From positions 62,001 to 126,000 of IMG/VR virus record IMGVR_UViG_3300046507_000667: DNA of 64,000 nt; one strand, written 5' to 3'. The notes beneath the pieces were generated by a model. The model did no database searches. It was given only the letters and a program-made list of their open reading frames with translations, and was not told the origin of the DNA. Every line of letters starts with the position of its first letter. The first letter of the stretch is position 1. A program made the position numbers and the translations under genes. This document shows positions 38,380 through 49,749 of the stretch, piece after piece.

Positions 38380-39441
38380 TTACTTTACGTAAAGGCTCAA
38401 AACGATTTTCTCAAGGATCTCGACGAAGACATTATCAAATGCCTTTCCTCGATGATCATTGTTCACCTTTGTCGCAGGATCCAGTGAATCCAGTGGCTCT
38501 TCAAATCCATTCGGAATGAAGATTGGATTATATCCAAGTGGTGTCTGATAATGATTCAATAGATGTGCTAGGAAGTTAGAATATCCAATCTTTCCATAGC
38601 GATAATCTGTATAAAGTCCCAACCAAATCTTTCCAGCAAATACTCCAGTATGATTACTAATTTCACTCTGGAACATAGAAGCTGATGCAGTTGTGCTTAG
38701 AAAAGCTGGTACATATCTAGGAGGTTTCTGTCCACTCTTAATATATTTATGGAACAGATTGTCTAGAAGCACAATATTATTTAGCGTACCCACATGAAGC
38801 TTCAAAGCTGCAGAACCCATTGCATCTTCAATACGCTTCAGAGTAGCTTTATTCTTATCTAGACGACTATAACGAGCAGATACTACTCCGGGATCACCAT
38901 TAAGAGAAGGTACAATCAAACCAGAGTCTTCTGAAATTACTACTCGGAAAGAATCATTGTCTTCCCTTTGTGAATGAATAAATGCATCATTCTCAATACT
39001 CTTAGTACAAGCATTTTCAATAAAGCTGTACTCATTCTCAGGTGTATCTAGTAGATTAAAAATTCCCATATCTTCTAAAGAAGTAAAATGGAAGATTCTT
39101 TCAATCAAGCGATACAGCTTATTCTCTTCTAAATACTCTACAAATTCCTTATTCTTTCCAGGATTTGTAGAAGCAAATGTCATCTTAATCCTACCTGCAG
39201 GATTAACTACATTACGGATATTCAATACTTCCATATGTGTAGCTAATTGATAACTATCAAGCTTACTTAGTTCTTTAATAAGCTCATTAGCTCGATTAGT
39301 TATGCTAGATAGTCTTACTGCTAGATTGGTATGATGATGCTGATGATTATTCTGCATGAAATCATAGATATCACCATTACTTACATATTCTCTAATAAGC
39401 TTAAGAAGATATTTCAAACGATATTGATTTTCTGAATCCAT
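38380..39441 (-). CDS. rdgB: Non-canonical purine NTP pyrophosphatase (RdgB/HAM1 family) with N-terminal extension
   Basis: FASTNPGK..E, ENA..K, EDSGL.V.SLNG.PGV.SARY, GYNPIF, HRGKA motifs. Confidence 0.85.
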   Translation of the reverse strand: MDSENQYRLKYLLKLIREYVSNGDIYDFMQNNHQHHHTNLAVRLSSITNRANELIKELSKLDSYQLATHMEVLNIRNVVNPAGRIKMTFASTNPGKNKEFVEYLEENKLYRLIERIFHFTSLEDMGIFNLLDTPENEYSFIENACTKSIENDAFIHSQREDNDSFRVVISEDSGLIVPSLNGDPGVVSARYSRLDKNKATLKRIEDAMGSAALKLHVGTLNNIVLLDNLFHKYIKSGQKPPRYVPAFLSTTASASMFQSEISNHTGVFAGKIWLGLYTDYRYGKIGYSNFLAHLLNHYQTPLGYNPIFIPNGFEEPLDSLDPATKVNNDHRGKAFDNVFVEILEKIVLSLYVK

Positions 39442-39599
39442 ACCAATTCTTTATGGTTAGTCTAATGGAGAATTTTAACTGATTTCTACTTAATAGTATA
39501 CTTTCATCAAGAAAATAATATATACCTATCTTGAGAGTTAAATTTGGATATACCATCTTTCGACAGTATATCCAGTTTCAAAGTTCCATATTTCGCTTT

Positions 39600-39835
39600 T
39601 ATATTAATATTTTAAGACTCGTTAGAGGATTAAAATATTAATATAAATTAATTAAATAATTTAATTTTTTAAAATATAAAGAATATTTATTAATTTTTAA
39701 AATTTTATAAATAGTTTAAATTTTTAATAAAGTATTAATTAAATATATTTAATATTGACGCTTAAGCGTCAATAATTTATTAATACTTAATCGGCTTCGC
39801 CGTTAAAATTATTAAATTATTTAAAATATCAATTA
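39600..39835. other. Extremely AT-rich tract with a 22-bp perfect palindrome; candidate replication origin
   Basis: Almost purely A/T; TATTGACGCTTAAGCGTCAATA at 39753-39774; lies at the minus-to-plus coding strand switch. Confidence 0.5.
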
Positions 39836-40133
39836 AACGCGCGAGGGCACAAAAAAGCCATGGATTTTCCATTCTGCTATTTTGGCCTCAAGGCGTAGTT
39901 CTCCCGGCTTCATTTCTGAAGAAACTGCATGGCATGTGCACGCATGGAAGTTCAATGAAGTACTGTGATCAGCAAATACCCCAAGGAGAATAATATCCAT
40001 CTGCAGATGGACAATCCTAACTGGTTGTTGGAAATTTGAATGAAGCATGATCTTTCCAGAAAGTCCTTTAGTTATATCCAATTTACTGATAGATACTGAT
40101 ACCTCTTTTTGAGGCAAAAATCCTATGATTTTT

Positions 40134-40145
40134 AACAAACTTTTA
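40134..40145 (+). promoter_or_regulatory. Late-type promoter for the large beta-like gene
   Basis: AACA-AACTTT-TA. Confidence 0.7.
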
Positions 40146-40167
40146 GAATCTTAAAGGAAGATATATC

Positions 40168-43100
40168 ATGTCTGTAATTAACCTAGCAAGAATGAATTCT
40201 TCGAAGCTTTACAAGGCTTCTCAGTTACTTATTGTCAACAACTCACGCACTAAGCCAGTTCTTAACCTCTTCTTCGGTAAGGAAGGGACGACTGACAGTC
40301 TCGTTGAGGACGTTAATTATATTCACTTTTCGCCAAATGCGCCGAAGAAAATTTGGTTCCCGGACTATAAACTTAACGTCGCAAACCTAAAGACCTCCAG
40401 AGACCTTACAGTTCGTAATAGTTTCTTCAACGATCTTAAGTCTCATAAGCTTAGCTTCAATAAGGTGAATAACCTAGCTACCATTGATGATAAATGGGCT
40501 AAAAAGCCTATTATTGTAGACCTAAGCAAGTTCCGTGACGAGTACAATCAATACTGTAACGACCATAAGAAGACATATACTACAGGATATCGTTTCCTAA
40601 AGGCTATGCTTCAATTGGTACTTAAAAATCTTCCTACTGGAATGGAAACTCGATTCTTTATTGAGATTCCTTCAGAGCAAGATACATTTATCAAAAGTCT
40701 TAAATATGGTCTAGACCATGACTATAAAGCGCTACATCCAATTTTAAAGGACTATAATGTCATTTTCTACAATCCCAATACAGGGATAGTGTATAAAACT
40801 GACTTTAATAATCCTCAGATGAAGGCAAGAGGCAATATCCTGATTGGTAAGTTTATGCGTATGCATACTACTGGTCTACCAGATGATGCTATTCTTGCTA
40901 ACGATCCAGATATTGAAGTAACAACAGATGCTAATACGCCTACTGAAGATAAGAAGATTGTTGCAGCTACACAAGATGTAGTTCGTGATGAATCAGATAA
41001 AGATCAGAATGGCGATTCAGAGGAAGTTGAAACTACTATTCCAGCTAAGCCTACAGAGCCATTAGATGATGAATCTGATGAATCTGAAGAAGTACAGCCA
41101 GATCAAGTTGCACCAGCAGAAGAAGAGCAACAAGCTCCTCTTGACCTAAGTATGATTCTTAGTACTGCTGAAACTGAAATTAATACTCTTTATGCAGAAA
41201 ATCAAGCATTTCTTAAAAAGCACATGCCTAAACAAGAGGCTGCTTTAAAAGAACTTGAAAAGGAAGCAGATAAGCTTGCTGCAGATAAGACATTGGATCC
41301 ACTAGTGATTAATGATAAGACAATTATCAATGATCACGTTCGTGAAACTACAATGTCATCCATTACAAATGGATACTATAAGAAGCAATTTAAGCGAGAT
41401 GTGCTTAATATTGTAAAAACATTAAATACTGATCCAGAGAATCCAGTAGTCATTACTAAATTTGCAGTCAATGATAGTTCTACAGCTATTAGCCGACTAG
41501 ATGAACTTCATATTGAATTTATTGATAAAAAGTTCAAGAAGCATACTTTCAAAGTAGATGTACCACGTCTAAGTCACGATGGTTTCCTTTATATAAATGG
41601 TAATAAGCAATTTATTAGTAAGCAAGCAACGCTTCTGCCAATTATTAAAGAAGCAGATGATCGAGTTCAGATTACTACCAATTACCAGAAGACCTTCTTA
41701 TTCCGTAAAGGAGATAAGATTAATGGTCAAGTTGATAGAATTCTAAGACTTATTGTAGGTACAAAGTTTGATTCAATTAGTAAAATTCCCGGTAATTCTA
41801 CTGAATCTAACCTTGGATACAATGTATCTATTCCTTATAACTATCTTGCCAAGAAGCTATTCACTGCAAAGTTTAATGGTGCAGAAGGAATTATTTTCTT
41901 CTTTAACCAACAAAATGCAAGAGAAAAAGCTGAAGAAGCTGGTTTTAAGGTTGACTATACAAAGTACAATGTAGTTGGTGCATATTTATTACATGACAAG
42001 GAACAAGATTTAATTCTTGAAGATATCAATGATCGTTCTATTTGGCAATACTATAGACCAAATCAACGCAATGTCAATTCTGGAAAGATTGTAAAACTTG
42101 ATACATCAATTGTAGGATTTCTTACAAGTATTATTTCAGTATCAAAAGATGAATCGCTTCAAACTGCATATCGTGCATTAAAGCCTTCTTTAAGTCTTTC
42201 CTTCACAGAAGTAAAGATTGCAGCAAAAGCTATGGGTCTTGGACCACTTATTGCATCATTCAAGGGTCTCATTCCAGCACTTGATCTTTATCATGTGAAG
42301 TATCATATTGAAGAGAAACGTATTGCTAAAAAAGAAAGTGAAATCATGCTTGCTTTTAAGGATTACTATCTCTACATTGATACAGAATTTGATTCAGCTA
42401 AAGAACTTTATGTAAATAGCTTACTAGCTTTAAATAGTGCTGATTATACTTTAGCAGAAACAACTCGCATGTCACCAATTTTCCTTGAATATTATGAGGA
42501 ATATACTGGTAATCGTAATACAGCTAAGGCTCTTTTGAACTTTGAATCATCAATGATTGATCCGATTACAAAAGAAATCTTAGAAGAAATGAAGCTTCCA
42601 ACAGATTTTCCAGAGCTTCTTCTTGTAGCTAATACGATGCTAGGTGACTATCAGCGTAAGCTTAAGAATGACATGAGTAACTTCCGTTTCCGTGATTCGG
42701 AAGTAATTGCAACAGCAGTCTATAACGTACTCCGTGATTCATTTAATGCTTACAAGCGTACAGTTCGTTCTGGTACAGTACAGCCTATTTCTGCAAAAAA
42801 GGATGAGGTTATTAAGCGCATTCAATCAATGCCTAATGTTGAACCATATTCAACACTTAATCCATTCCTTGAGCTAGAAACTAAAGCAAAATCAACTTTT
42901 AAGGGACCATCTGGATTAAATCCAACATATCCTTAATATGTTTTAGGGTATGTTTTATGAGAAAAGCATTAACAACAGAAAAATTTCAAGAAAATGTAAA
43001 TACTATTTTTGGAGCTGATACATATACTGTAATTTCAGAGTATACCAAATCTAGTGGATATATTTCAATTAAGCATTCAAAATGTGGAAATACATTTGAT

Positions 43101-45533
43101 ATAGTTGCCAATGATTTTACCAAAGAGTCTAAAAGGGCTAGATTTTATGATACATGTCCAGCATGTAGAACTTCTAAAAGAAGTCCTTTGGATAAGGTAA
43201 AAGAAGATATCAGAATTGCTACTAAAGATAGATTATTACTTTTAGAATATGGTGGAACAACACATACCCCATCTAAATTTAAATGTAAAATCTGTAATTA
43301 TGATGATATCAAAATATCTACGCATAGTTTATTAGGAAATTTAAAGTCAAGATCAAATTCTAATTCATGGGGATGTGCTGTTTGTTCAAAAAAGAAACAG
43401 AAAACTACTCAAGAATTTAATAAAGAAATTGATCAACTTTTTAATGGTAATATTGCACTTATTTCAGAATATGTAAATGTAGGGACTTATGTATCTTTGA
43501 AATGTAATAAATGTACATATGAATGGAATACCATGCCATCAACTATTCTAGGCGGATCCCAGTGTCCAGCATGCTTAAGAAGTTTTAGAGATTCTAAGCA
43601 AATTAGAAGAGTGATTGAATTTCTTGATAAATATGAAGTACCTTTTGAAAGAGAAGTAACTTTTGAAGGTCTAGTTTATAAAAAGCAACTGTATTTTGAT
43701 TTTTGTATTGAAACAGAAGATACTTATTTCTTGATTGAATTCGATGGACAGCAGCATTTTAGAGGCTGGCAAGGTAATGAAGATAATCTAAATGAAAACC
43801 AAATTCGAGATAATATCAAGAATGATTTTTGTAAAGATAATGATCTTCCTTTACTTCGTTTGCATTATAAAATGACTCTGTCTGAAATTGATAAGGCTAT
43901 TTATGATTTTCTCTTCAGTCCAGAATAAACTTCTTTAATTGCTGGAAACCCTCTAACAAAGGCAATCAGCAGCGAAGCCCTTAATTGGGAACGTTCAACG
44001 ACTATTATGTACTTATCAAATGATAAGGAAATAGGAAGCACCTAATTAGGTGAAGATATAGTCTATTCTTATATGAAAATATAAGTTATGAGCTAATGAC
44101 TCATAGTAAATATAAAAGTAAATTCAGATGATGCATATACGCCTGAAATTCGTGCATATGATAAGTCAATGCTAGGTGTGTATGGTATTTATACGCCTAT
44201 TTCATCACAAGTTGGTGTAAGTCGTGGTCTTGTAATGAATCCACGCTATCATTCAACTCGTGGCTATCTAAAGGATATGGATCTAAAGACTGCTCGTGCT
44301 GATAATTTATTCACTGCGGCAGAACTTCTAAATGTCTTTACACCAAAGCATGCTGATAGTCCTCGTGCTATTATGGCTTCAGTACAAGGTCGTCACTTGA
44401 CACCAACAAAAGTACAGGATCCTTACCTAGTTGGTAGTGGTGTTGATAAAGCACTTCCGCATATGGTTGGTCAAGACTTCGCCTTTAAAGCAACAGATGA
44501 TGGCACAGTTATTAAGATTGACCAGAAGAAAGAACTAGCAATTCTACAATATAAGAATGGCGAGAAAGCAGCAATTGATTTCTCACCAAAACCAGCTAAA
44601 AATAGTGGTGGTGGCTTCTTTATTCAGAATAAGCTTGATCTTAATGCAGAAGTTAAGGTAGGCTATAAATTCAAGAAAGGTGATATTCTTGCTAAGGATG
44701 ATAACTTCTTCAAGGATATGCTAGATGGTTCTACTGGCTTTGCGGCTGGTCGTCTATCAAAGCTTGCTGTTCTCGCTCTACCTGAGACATTCGAAGATTC
44801 GTGTGTTATTACACAACAAGTTGTAAGTGATATGTCATCGGATATTATTAATGAACGTGAAGTAGTTTTAAAGAAAAATTCACGTATCATTAGTGTGGCT
44901 AACGTTGGTGATGAAGTTGAAGTTGATACACCACTAGTTGTATTCGAAGAAGTAGGTTCTGATGAAACATTAGCTGTTGCTGCTTTAGAAAAGCTTGATG
45001 CACAAACTAAAGGCACTATCAGTGAACTAGCTCGTTCGACTGCAAAGTCAAAGTTTGCTGGTAAGATTTTCGCTATTCGTATTTATTACAATGCAGAATT
45101 AGATGAAATGCATCCAACGCTAAAGAATATTGTCGAGCAGTACAAAGACAAATATGATTCTAAGGCAAAGATCATTCAGACACTGAAGAAGGATGAAATT
45201 ATTCAGCAACCTTCAACTGAAAAGCATAATGGTGAAAAGCTATTAGGTAATGATGTTGATGGTGTTGTTATCAAGTTCTTCATCATGCATGATGATAAGA
45301 TGGCTATTGGTTCAAAGGTAACTGCATTCACTTCACTAAAGTGTATTATTGCAGAGACTATTCCAGAAGGAAAGGAACCATATACAGAGTACAATAAGGA
45401 TGAAGAACTATCAATGTTCCTAAGTCCATTATCTATTGTCTCTCGTATGACTACTGACTTCTATCTCTTAGGCTTTAGTAATAAAGTTATTATTGAACTA
45501 GAGAATCAAGTATTAGATCTTCTAGAAGAATAA
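40168..45533 (+). CDS. Large RNA polymerase beta-like subunit, probably virion RNAP; join(40168..42916,44119..45533), about 1387 aa
   Basis: GFLYINGNK, spliced FKGPSGLNSDDAYT, DSPRAIMASVQGRH, TFEDS.VI, GSKV....LKC.I, SPLSIVSRM motifs. Confidence 0.88.
42917..44118 (+). mobile_element. Group I intron carrying a homing endonuclease in the P1 loop
   Basis: Exon UCUGGAU pairs with IGS GUCCAGA (43918-43924); P, Q, R and S elements at about 43935-44060; terminal G at 44118 restores the frame. Confidence 0.9.
42957..43928 (+). CDS. Intron-encoded homing endonuclease: Zn-ribbon repeats plus Vsr/PD-(D/E)XK-like domain
   Basis: Repeated C..C units; FEREVTF...FDF...LIEFDGQQHF C-terminal nuclease motif. 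Confidence 0.8.
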   Translation: MRKALTTEKFQENVNTIFGADTYTVISEYTKSSGYISIKHSKCGNTFDIVANDFTKESKRARFYDTCPACRTSKRSPLDKVKEDIRIATKDRLLLLEYGGTTHTPSKFKCKICNYDDIKISTHSLLGNLKSRSNSNSWGCAVCSKKKQKTTQEFNKEIDQLFNGNIALISEYVNVGTYVSLKCNKCTYEWNTMPSTILGGSQCPACLRSFRDSKQIRRVIEFLDKYEVPFEREVTFEGLVYKKQLYFDFCIETEDTYFLIEFDGQQHFRGWQGNEDNLNENQIRDNIKNDFCKDNDLPLLRLHYKMTLSEIDKAIYDFLFSPE

Positions 45534-45675
45534 TACAAAACTTAAATTCCCCTATACTCTAACATTGGAGTATAGGGGATATTTTTGTGTGATCCGATAA
45601 CATGCTTTATTTCAAGGATATATTATTTGAGTGGATAGAAGTACATGACTCTCTTAATAATTCAGAAGGTATACT

Positions 45676-45870
45676 ATGTTTCATATTGATAGTTTTACTC
45701 TTTTCGTTATTACACTTGGCCTTGCATTGATTGGCATGATTGTATTTGCATTTTTCAATAATGCACGTATTAAACGTGAATCGAGAGAACTTAACAGGAT
45801 ACGTGCCAATATGTTGAATACACTTCCTATTGATATGCGTGAAAAACTGCTTGCAAATAAGCAGACTTAA
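45676..45870 (+). CDS. Small single-TM membrane protein
   Basis: N-terminal hydrophobic helix, basic tail. Confidence 0.7.
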   Translation: MFHIDSFTLFVITLGLALIGMIVFAFFNNARIKRESRELNRIRANMLNTLPIDMREKLLANKQT

Positions 45871-45906
45871 AAAACAAGTCTCAACTTGTTTTTTCTTGGA
45901 GAATTT

Positions 45907-46077
45907 ATGACACATCGAGATTATTCTAGTAGTCCATGTGTGGGTATCTGTACTACACTTTTTGATGAAGTTTGCAAAGGTTGTGGTAGAACTGCAACTG
46001 AAGTATCTCATTGGGTTCTTATGACTAATGAAGAAAAGGAAATAGTTTGGCAAAGGCTTGAGAAAAATAAAAGCTAG
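45907..46077 (+). CDS. DUF1289-family Cys-rich protein
   Basis: SSPCVGICT....CKGCGRT..E...W..M...EK..VW. Confidence 0.85.
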   Translation: MTHRDYSSSPCVGICTTLFDEVCKGCGRTATEVSHWVLMTNEEKEIVWQRLEKNKS

Positions 46078-46138
46078 AATGTAAATATATTATTTAATTG
46101 AAGTAAATCGATAATACTTTTTACAAAGAGAAAGAATT

Positions 46139-46555
46139 ATGCTGAACCACAAAGCTTTGATCCAAGAAGAATTTGAAGCAAATACACATATTGTTAATCT
46201 AGCTCAAGCTATGACTAATCTTGGTGACGAGATTATGTATAGTAAGGGAACTACTAAGATTGACAATATCTCTGGTAGAGATGGCTTTGCAGTTACAGTA
46301 CAGCTTTCAAAAGAAGTTGCAATTAAGAAAGTAGTACCTGCTGCAATTGTTTCTGCAACTGAGAATCAGCTTATTACAATTGTAGAGCAAGCTCTTGAAG
46401 AGTTGGTGGTACTTGCCATTAATTCTAAAGATGAAAAACGTAAGCTTACGTCAATTATCAATAAGATTAATAAGCATATGGATCGAGTCACAAGGATCCA
46501 GCCTACTAGCTTTCAACCTAAATTGTCGTTGAAAGAAGTAAAAGACAACTTCTAA
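46139..46555 (+). CDS. Hypothetical protein, 138 aa
   Basis: ORF after the early motif at 46085. Confidence 0.75.
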   Translation: MLNHKALIQEEFEANTHIVNLAQAMTNLGDEIMYSKGTTKIDNISGRDGFAVTVQLSKEVAIKKVVPAAIVSATENQLITIVEQALEELVVLAINSKDEKRKLTSIINKINKHMDRVTRIQPTSFQPKLSLKEVKDNF

Positions 46556-46559
46556 TTAA

Positions 46560-46997
46560 ATGCATCAAACAAATAAATCTAAAAGATATTTTGATGCTGC
46601 TGAGATTGCTGCAATGACATCTACTCATAGATGTCAAATCGGTGCTGTTATTGTATATAAAAATAAGATCATCTCGGCAGCAAATAATGAGTCAGAAAAG
46701 ACTCATCCAATGCAGTACAAATACAACCAAGTAAGTAAAAGACTTCCTAGCTTTAGGGCTGGTCGAATCCATGCTGAAATGGCAGCAATCATTAGGGTTC
46801 GAGATAGAGAAGTATTGAAGAAGTCTACGATGTATATCTTTAGAAGAAACCGTGATGGTAAAATCGGTATGTGTCGTCCTTGTACTACCTGCATGGAAGC
46901 AATCAAGGATTATGAAATCGGGGAAGTTTGTTACACAACTCCAGAGGGTTTTGCCTCGGAATTGATTGAATCAATCAATAATTCTACCAATAGGTAA
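46560..46997 (+). CDS. Second cytidine/deoxycytidylate deaminase-fold protein
   Basis: IGAVIV, IHAEMAAI and RPCTTC motifs. Confidence 0.8.
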   Translation: MHQTNKSKRYFDAAEIAAMTSTHRCQIGAVIVYKNKIISAANNESEKTHPMQYKYNQVSKRLPSFRAGRIHAEMAAIIRVRDREVLKKSTMYIFRRNRDGKIGMCRPCTTCMEAIKDYEIGEVCYTTPEGFASELIESINNSTNR

Positions 46998-47001
46998 TAG
47001 T

Positions 47002-47403
47002 ATGGCTCTATTTCATAAGGCACTTTCACGGAATAATAAAGAACGTGCTAATGGAACAACATTGTTTGGTGTAAAGAGGTTGAATGATCAAGGAGAAGAA
47101 GAATATCTTCGTAAAGTATTTTCATATCCTGATATTGCAGTAGATGCAATGCTTAATGCTATTGAACGAAAGTTCAATAATAGTATTAAACGAAATGATC
47201 CTAAGTTCAAGTATATCTTTACAGAAGCTCAAGCAATTGCTCATCGTGAAGAAATTGTAAAGAGACTTCAAGAATCTGGACAGAAGGAATTCAGTTATAC
47301 TATTCTGTACAATCAACCTAATGGTACAGAAAGTGCAGAATATTTCAAGATCTTTCCAGTGTCACTTCATTGTGATCCTTATAATATTCCACAAAGAATG
47401 TAA
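47002..47403 (+). CDS. Hypothetical protein, about 133 aa
   Basis: ORF; start placed at MALFHK. Confidence 0.7.
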   Translation: MALFHKALSRNNKERANGTTLFGVKRLNDQGEEEYLRKVFSYPDIAVDAMLNAIERKFNNSIKRNDPKFKYIFTEAQAIAHREEIVKRLQESGQKEFSYTILYNQPNGTESAEYFKIFPVSLHCDPYNIPQRM

Positions 47404-47507
47404 TCTCTAAGAAAGTCTCAACCTTCGAAAGAGGGTTGAGATAGTACTCTACCTTTAGTATCCTCGATTAGATCAAACAAGAGAATACTAATTCTAGAGT
47501 ACTAAGA

Positions 47508-47581
47508 GCGACTATAGTTCAGACGGATAGAACACAAGCCTTCTAAGCTTGGGGTCACTGGTTCGAATCCAGTTAGTCGCA
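47508..47581 (+). tRNA. tRNA-Arg(UCU), CCA not encoded
   Basis: Acceptor GCGACTA/TAGTCGC; anticodon arm CAAGC-CTTCTAA-GCTTG; T arm GGTTCGAATCC; late motif at 47476-47487. Confidence 0.92.
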
Positions 47582-47620
47582 CTTAGAATTTTAGTTTTAA
47601 ATCACAAATATTTTAAAGAA

Positions 47621-48373
47621 ATGGCTAAGCATCTTACACCAGAAGAATTCTTCGAAAAAGCTCGTCTCTCGCATGGTTTGAAATATGACTATACAAAGAC
47701 TAAATTTGAAGGTACAACTAAGCTTGTAAATATTACTTGTAATCTTCATGGTGAATTCTTCGTTCTTGGTTCAACACATCTTAGGGGTGAAGGTTGTCCT
47801 AAATGTGATTCAGATAAAGTTACAAAGAATTTCATTGGTCAATCTATCATTGTTCATGGTGATAAATATGACTATAGTAAAGCTGTAGTAACCAAGTACA
47901 AGATTCCAGTAACTATCATTTGTCGTGAACATGGTCCATTTGAAATGATACCACGTGTGCATGCAATTGAAGGCAAATCTTGTCCCAAGTGTGTGCCAGA
48001 TAGAAAGAAAGTTGGAACCTACACTCCAGAAGAACTTCATAAGATTTTTGTGAAATCTCGTATGGGAGTTTTCTTTAGAATTAAAGAGGACTTTGTAAAA
48101 TCATTTGTAACAGCTGATAGTACGCTGCCAATCTATTGTATTAGCTGTGACAATCGCATGTTTACAACTTTGCTTAAGATTAAATCAAGAGCATTGCATC
48201 GTTGTTTTATCTGTAATCCTGTAAAAAAGAAACCTAAATCACAATCAAAAATAAAGGCAGAAGTACATGAAGAAATACTAAACACTAACGAAGATAAACA
48301 AGATGCACCTAAAGACATGAAAGCTAATTCAAATGTCTTTAGTATGGTCAATTCAATCTTTTCAGTAAAATAA
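47621..48373 (+). CDS. DUF723-like Zn-repeat protein without an evident nuclease domain
   Basis: Two KYDY.K..., ITC..HGEF and GCPKC units; charged, low-complexity C-terminus. Confidence 0.7.
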   Translation: MAKHLTPEEFFEKARLSHGLKYDYTKTKFEGTTKLVNITCNLHGEFFVLGSTHLRGEGCPKCDSDKVTKNFIGQSIIVHGDKYDYSKAVVTKYKIPVTIICREHGPFEMIPRVHAIEGKSCPKCVPDRKKVGTYTPEELHKIFVKSRMGVFFRIKEDFVKSFVTADSTLPIYCISCDNRMFTTLLKIKSRALHRCFICNPVKKKPKSQSKIKAEVHEEILNTNEDKQDAPKDMKANSNVFSMVNSIFSVK

Positions 48374-48406
48374 TTCTTTTAACTTTTCATTTATATCAAT
48401 ATCATC

Positions 48407-48679
48407 ATGGCAAAGAATAATCAAGCTCAAGCTAAGGTACAAGACCAAGAACGTCAAGGCCAAATCGTTTACCTGACGAAAACCTTTGCAAATAAAGAAG
48501 AGTATAAAACCCATGTCGTGACTGCTGCAAATATTATGCTTCAGCTTAAGGGTATGCGTGCTCGTCCAGAAGCAATCGAACGTGCTATGAAGCGTTTTGA
48601 ACATGTAATGAGTGAGCAAAGTCTTAATAGCATCATTCGCAAGATTCGTATTGAATCTGGTGAAGATCTTAAAAACTAA
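48407..48679 (+). CDS. Hypothetical protein, 90 aa
   Basis: ORF ending before a hairpin. Confidence 0.75.
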   Translation: MAKNNQAQAKVQDQERQGQIVYLTKTFANKEEYKTHVVTAANIMLQLKGMRARPEAIERAMKRFEHVMSEQSLNSIIRKIRIESGEDLKN

Positions 48680-48817
48680 GTAGTGTTTGATTCCCTAACC
48701 TTCGAAAGAGGGTTAGGGAATATATTCTAATGTATTTCTTTTTATGTATTAGAATTGCATTAAAGTATATATTATTTGAGTGAAGTAATTATAACTCTTT
48801 TAACTAAAGGAAAGAAG

Positions 48818-49345
48818 ATGTCTGACTTGCATTCGATGATCAATGAGCCGATTACTTTCCCATGGACTTTGACAGTCTATGAACTCAGTGATACGCTCTG
48901 GATTCATCATAGCAAAATTGGTTTTGTGCAATTTCAGCCAGTAAGTAAGTGTGTGGTTGAAACGTTGGCAGCTTTTGCCAATGGTACTACCAATGGTGTT
49001 CGAGAAGTCTTGAAACACAATCCCAAAGCATCAATTGCATGGGATGTCAAAATCAAAATGATAAAGGCGCTTCGTAGTCTCTTTACCCGGTTAGATGTCC
49101 ATGCAGGAAAAGTTCTTCAGGAATTCATTCTTGAGGGAAAGAAAGAAGATGAATCTGGTCGTCAGATTGTCTTTTGGATGAAGTCTAATGGTATTGAAGA
49201 TACACGAAAGGTTCTTTCTGACTTTAATAAAATCTTCCAGACAGATCAAGAGTGCTTTGATATCCTTGTAAAAAATACAGAAGATGCCTCTGATGCAAAG
49301 CTAGTTGAATTTGCTGGTATGCAAGGTTTTCGTGTCAATAACTAA
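48818..49345 (+). CDS. Hypothetical protein, about 175 aa
   Basis: ORF after the early motif at 48767; start placed at MSDLHS. Confidence 0.75.
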   Translation: MSDLHSMINEPITFPWTLTVYELSDTLWIHHSKIGFVQFQPVSKCVVETLAAFANGTTNGVREVLKHNPKASIAWDVKIKMIKALRSLFTRLDVHAGKVLQEFILEGKKEDESGRQIVFWMKSNGIEDTRKVLSDFNKIFQTDQECFDILVKNTEDASDAKLVEFAGMQGFRVNN

Positions 49346-49397
49346 TTGAAGTAATAAGAGCCAGAAATTTCTGGCTTTCTTTTTTCTTGAAAAGAAT

Positions 49398-49688
49398 ATG
49401 GATAAATATCTTGAATTAGTAGAACGCTTTCAACGTCTTGCTAAAATTACTGGTAAAAGTAAGATGGACTCATATGAAGTTACTCTTACAGCAATTCCGC
49501 CAGTATATGATTCTGAACCTGTTAAGTATGCAATGTGTCTTGAAGCGGCTGATGTGCCGGGAATGAGTACTCATCATCGAATTGGAAATACTCACGATAA
49601 TCCTATTCTTTGGGATGATCTTTTGCTGGTTCTTGATGAAACAGTCAAACAAGCTGAATACAACGTCATTCAAGCTAGCTGTGCTTAA
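49398..49688 (+). CDS. Hypothetical protein, 96 aa
   Basis: ORF. Confidence 0.75.
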   Translation: MDKYLELVERFQRLAKITGKSKMDSYEVTLTAIPPVYDSEPVKYAMCLEAADVPGMSTHHRIGNTHDNPILWDDLLLVLDETVKQAEYNVIQASCA

Positions 49689-49749
49689 ATTGGCTATTTA
49701 AATAAAGATTCTTACAAACTACTAACTGAAAACTTGAATAACATAAGTA

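Noticed and set aside
39833-40138. 101-aa minus-strand ORF beside the AT-rich tract
   Set aside because: No clear SD or promoter motif, atypical composition and overlap with the late motif of the RNAP gene; left unannotated but not excluded.
47549-47620. N-terminal extension of ORF 47549-48373
   Set aside because: It overlaps the tRNA-Arg gene; the likely start is the ATG at 47621.
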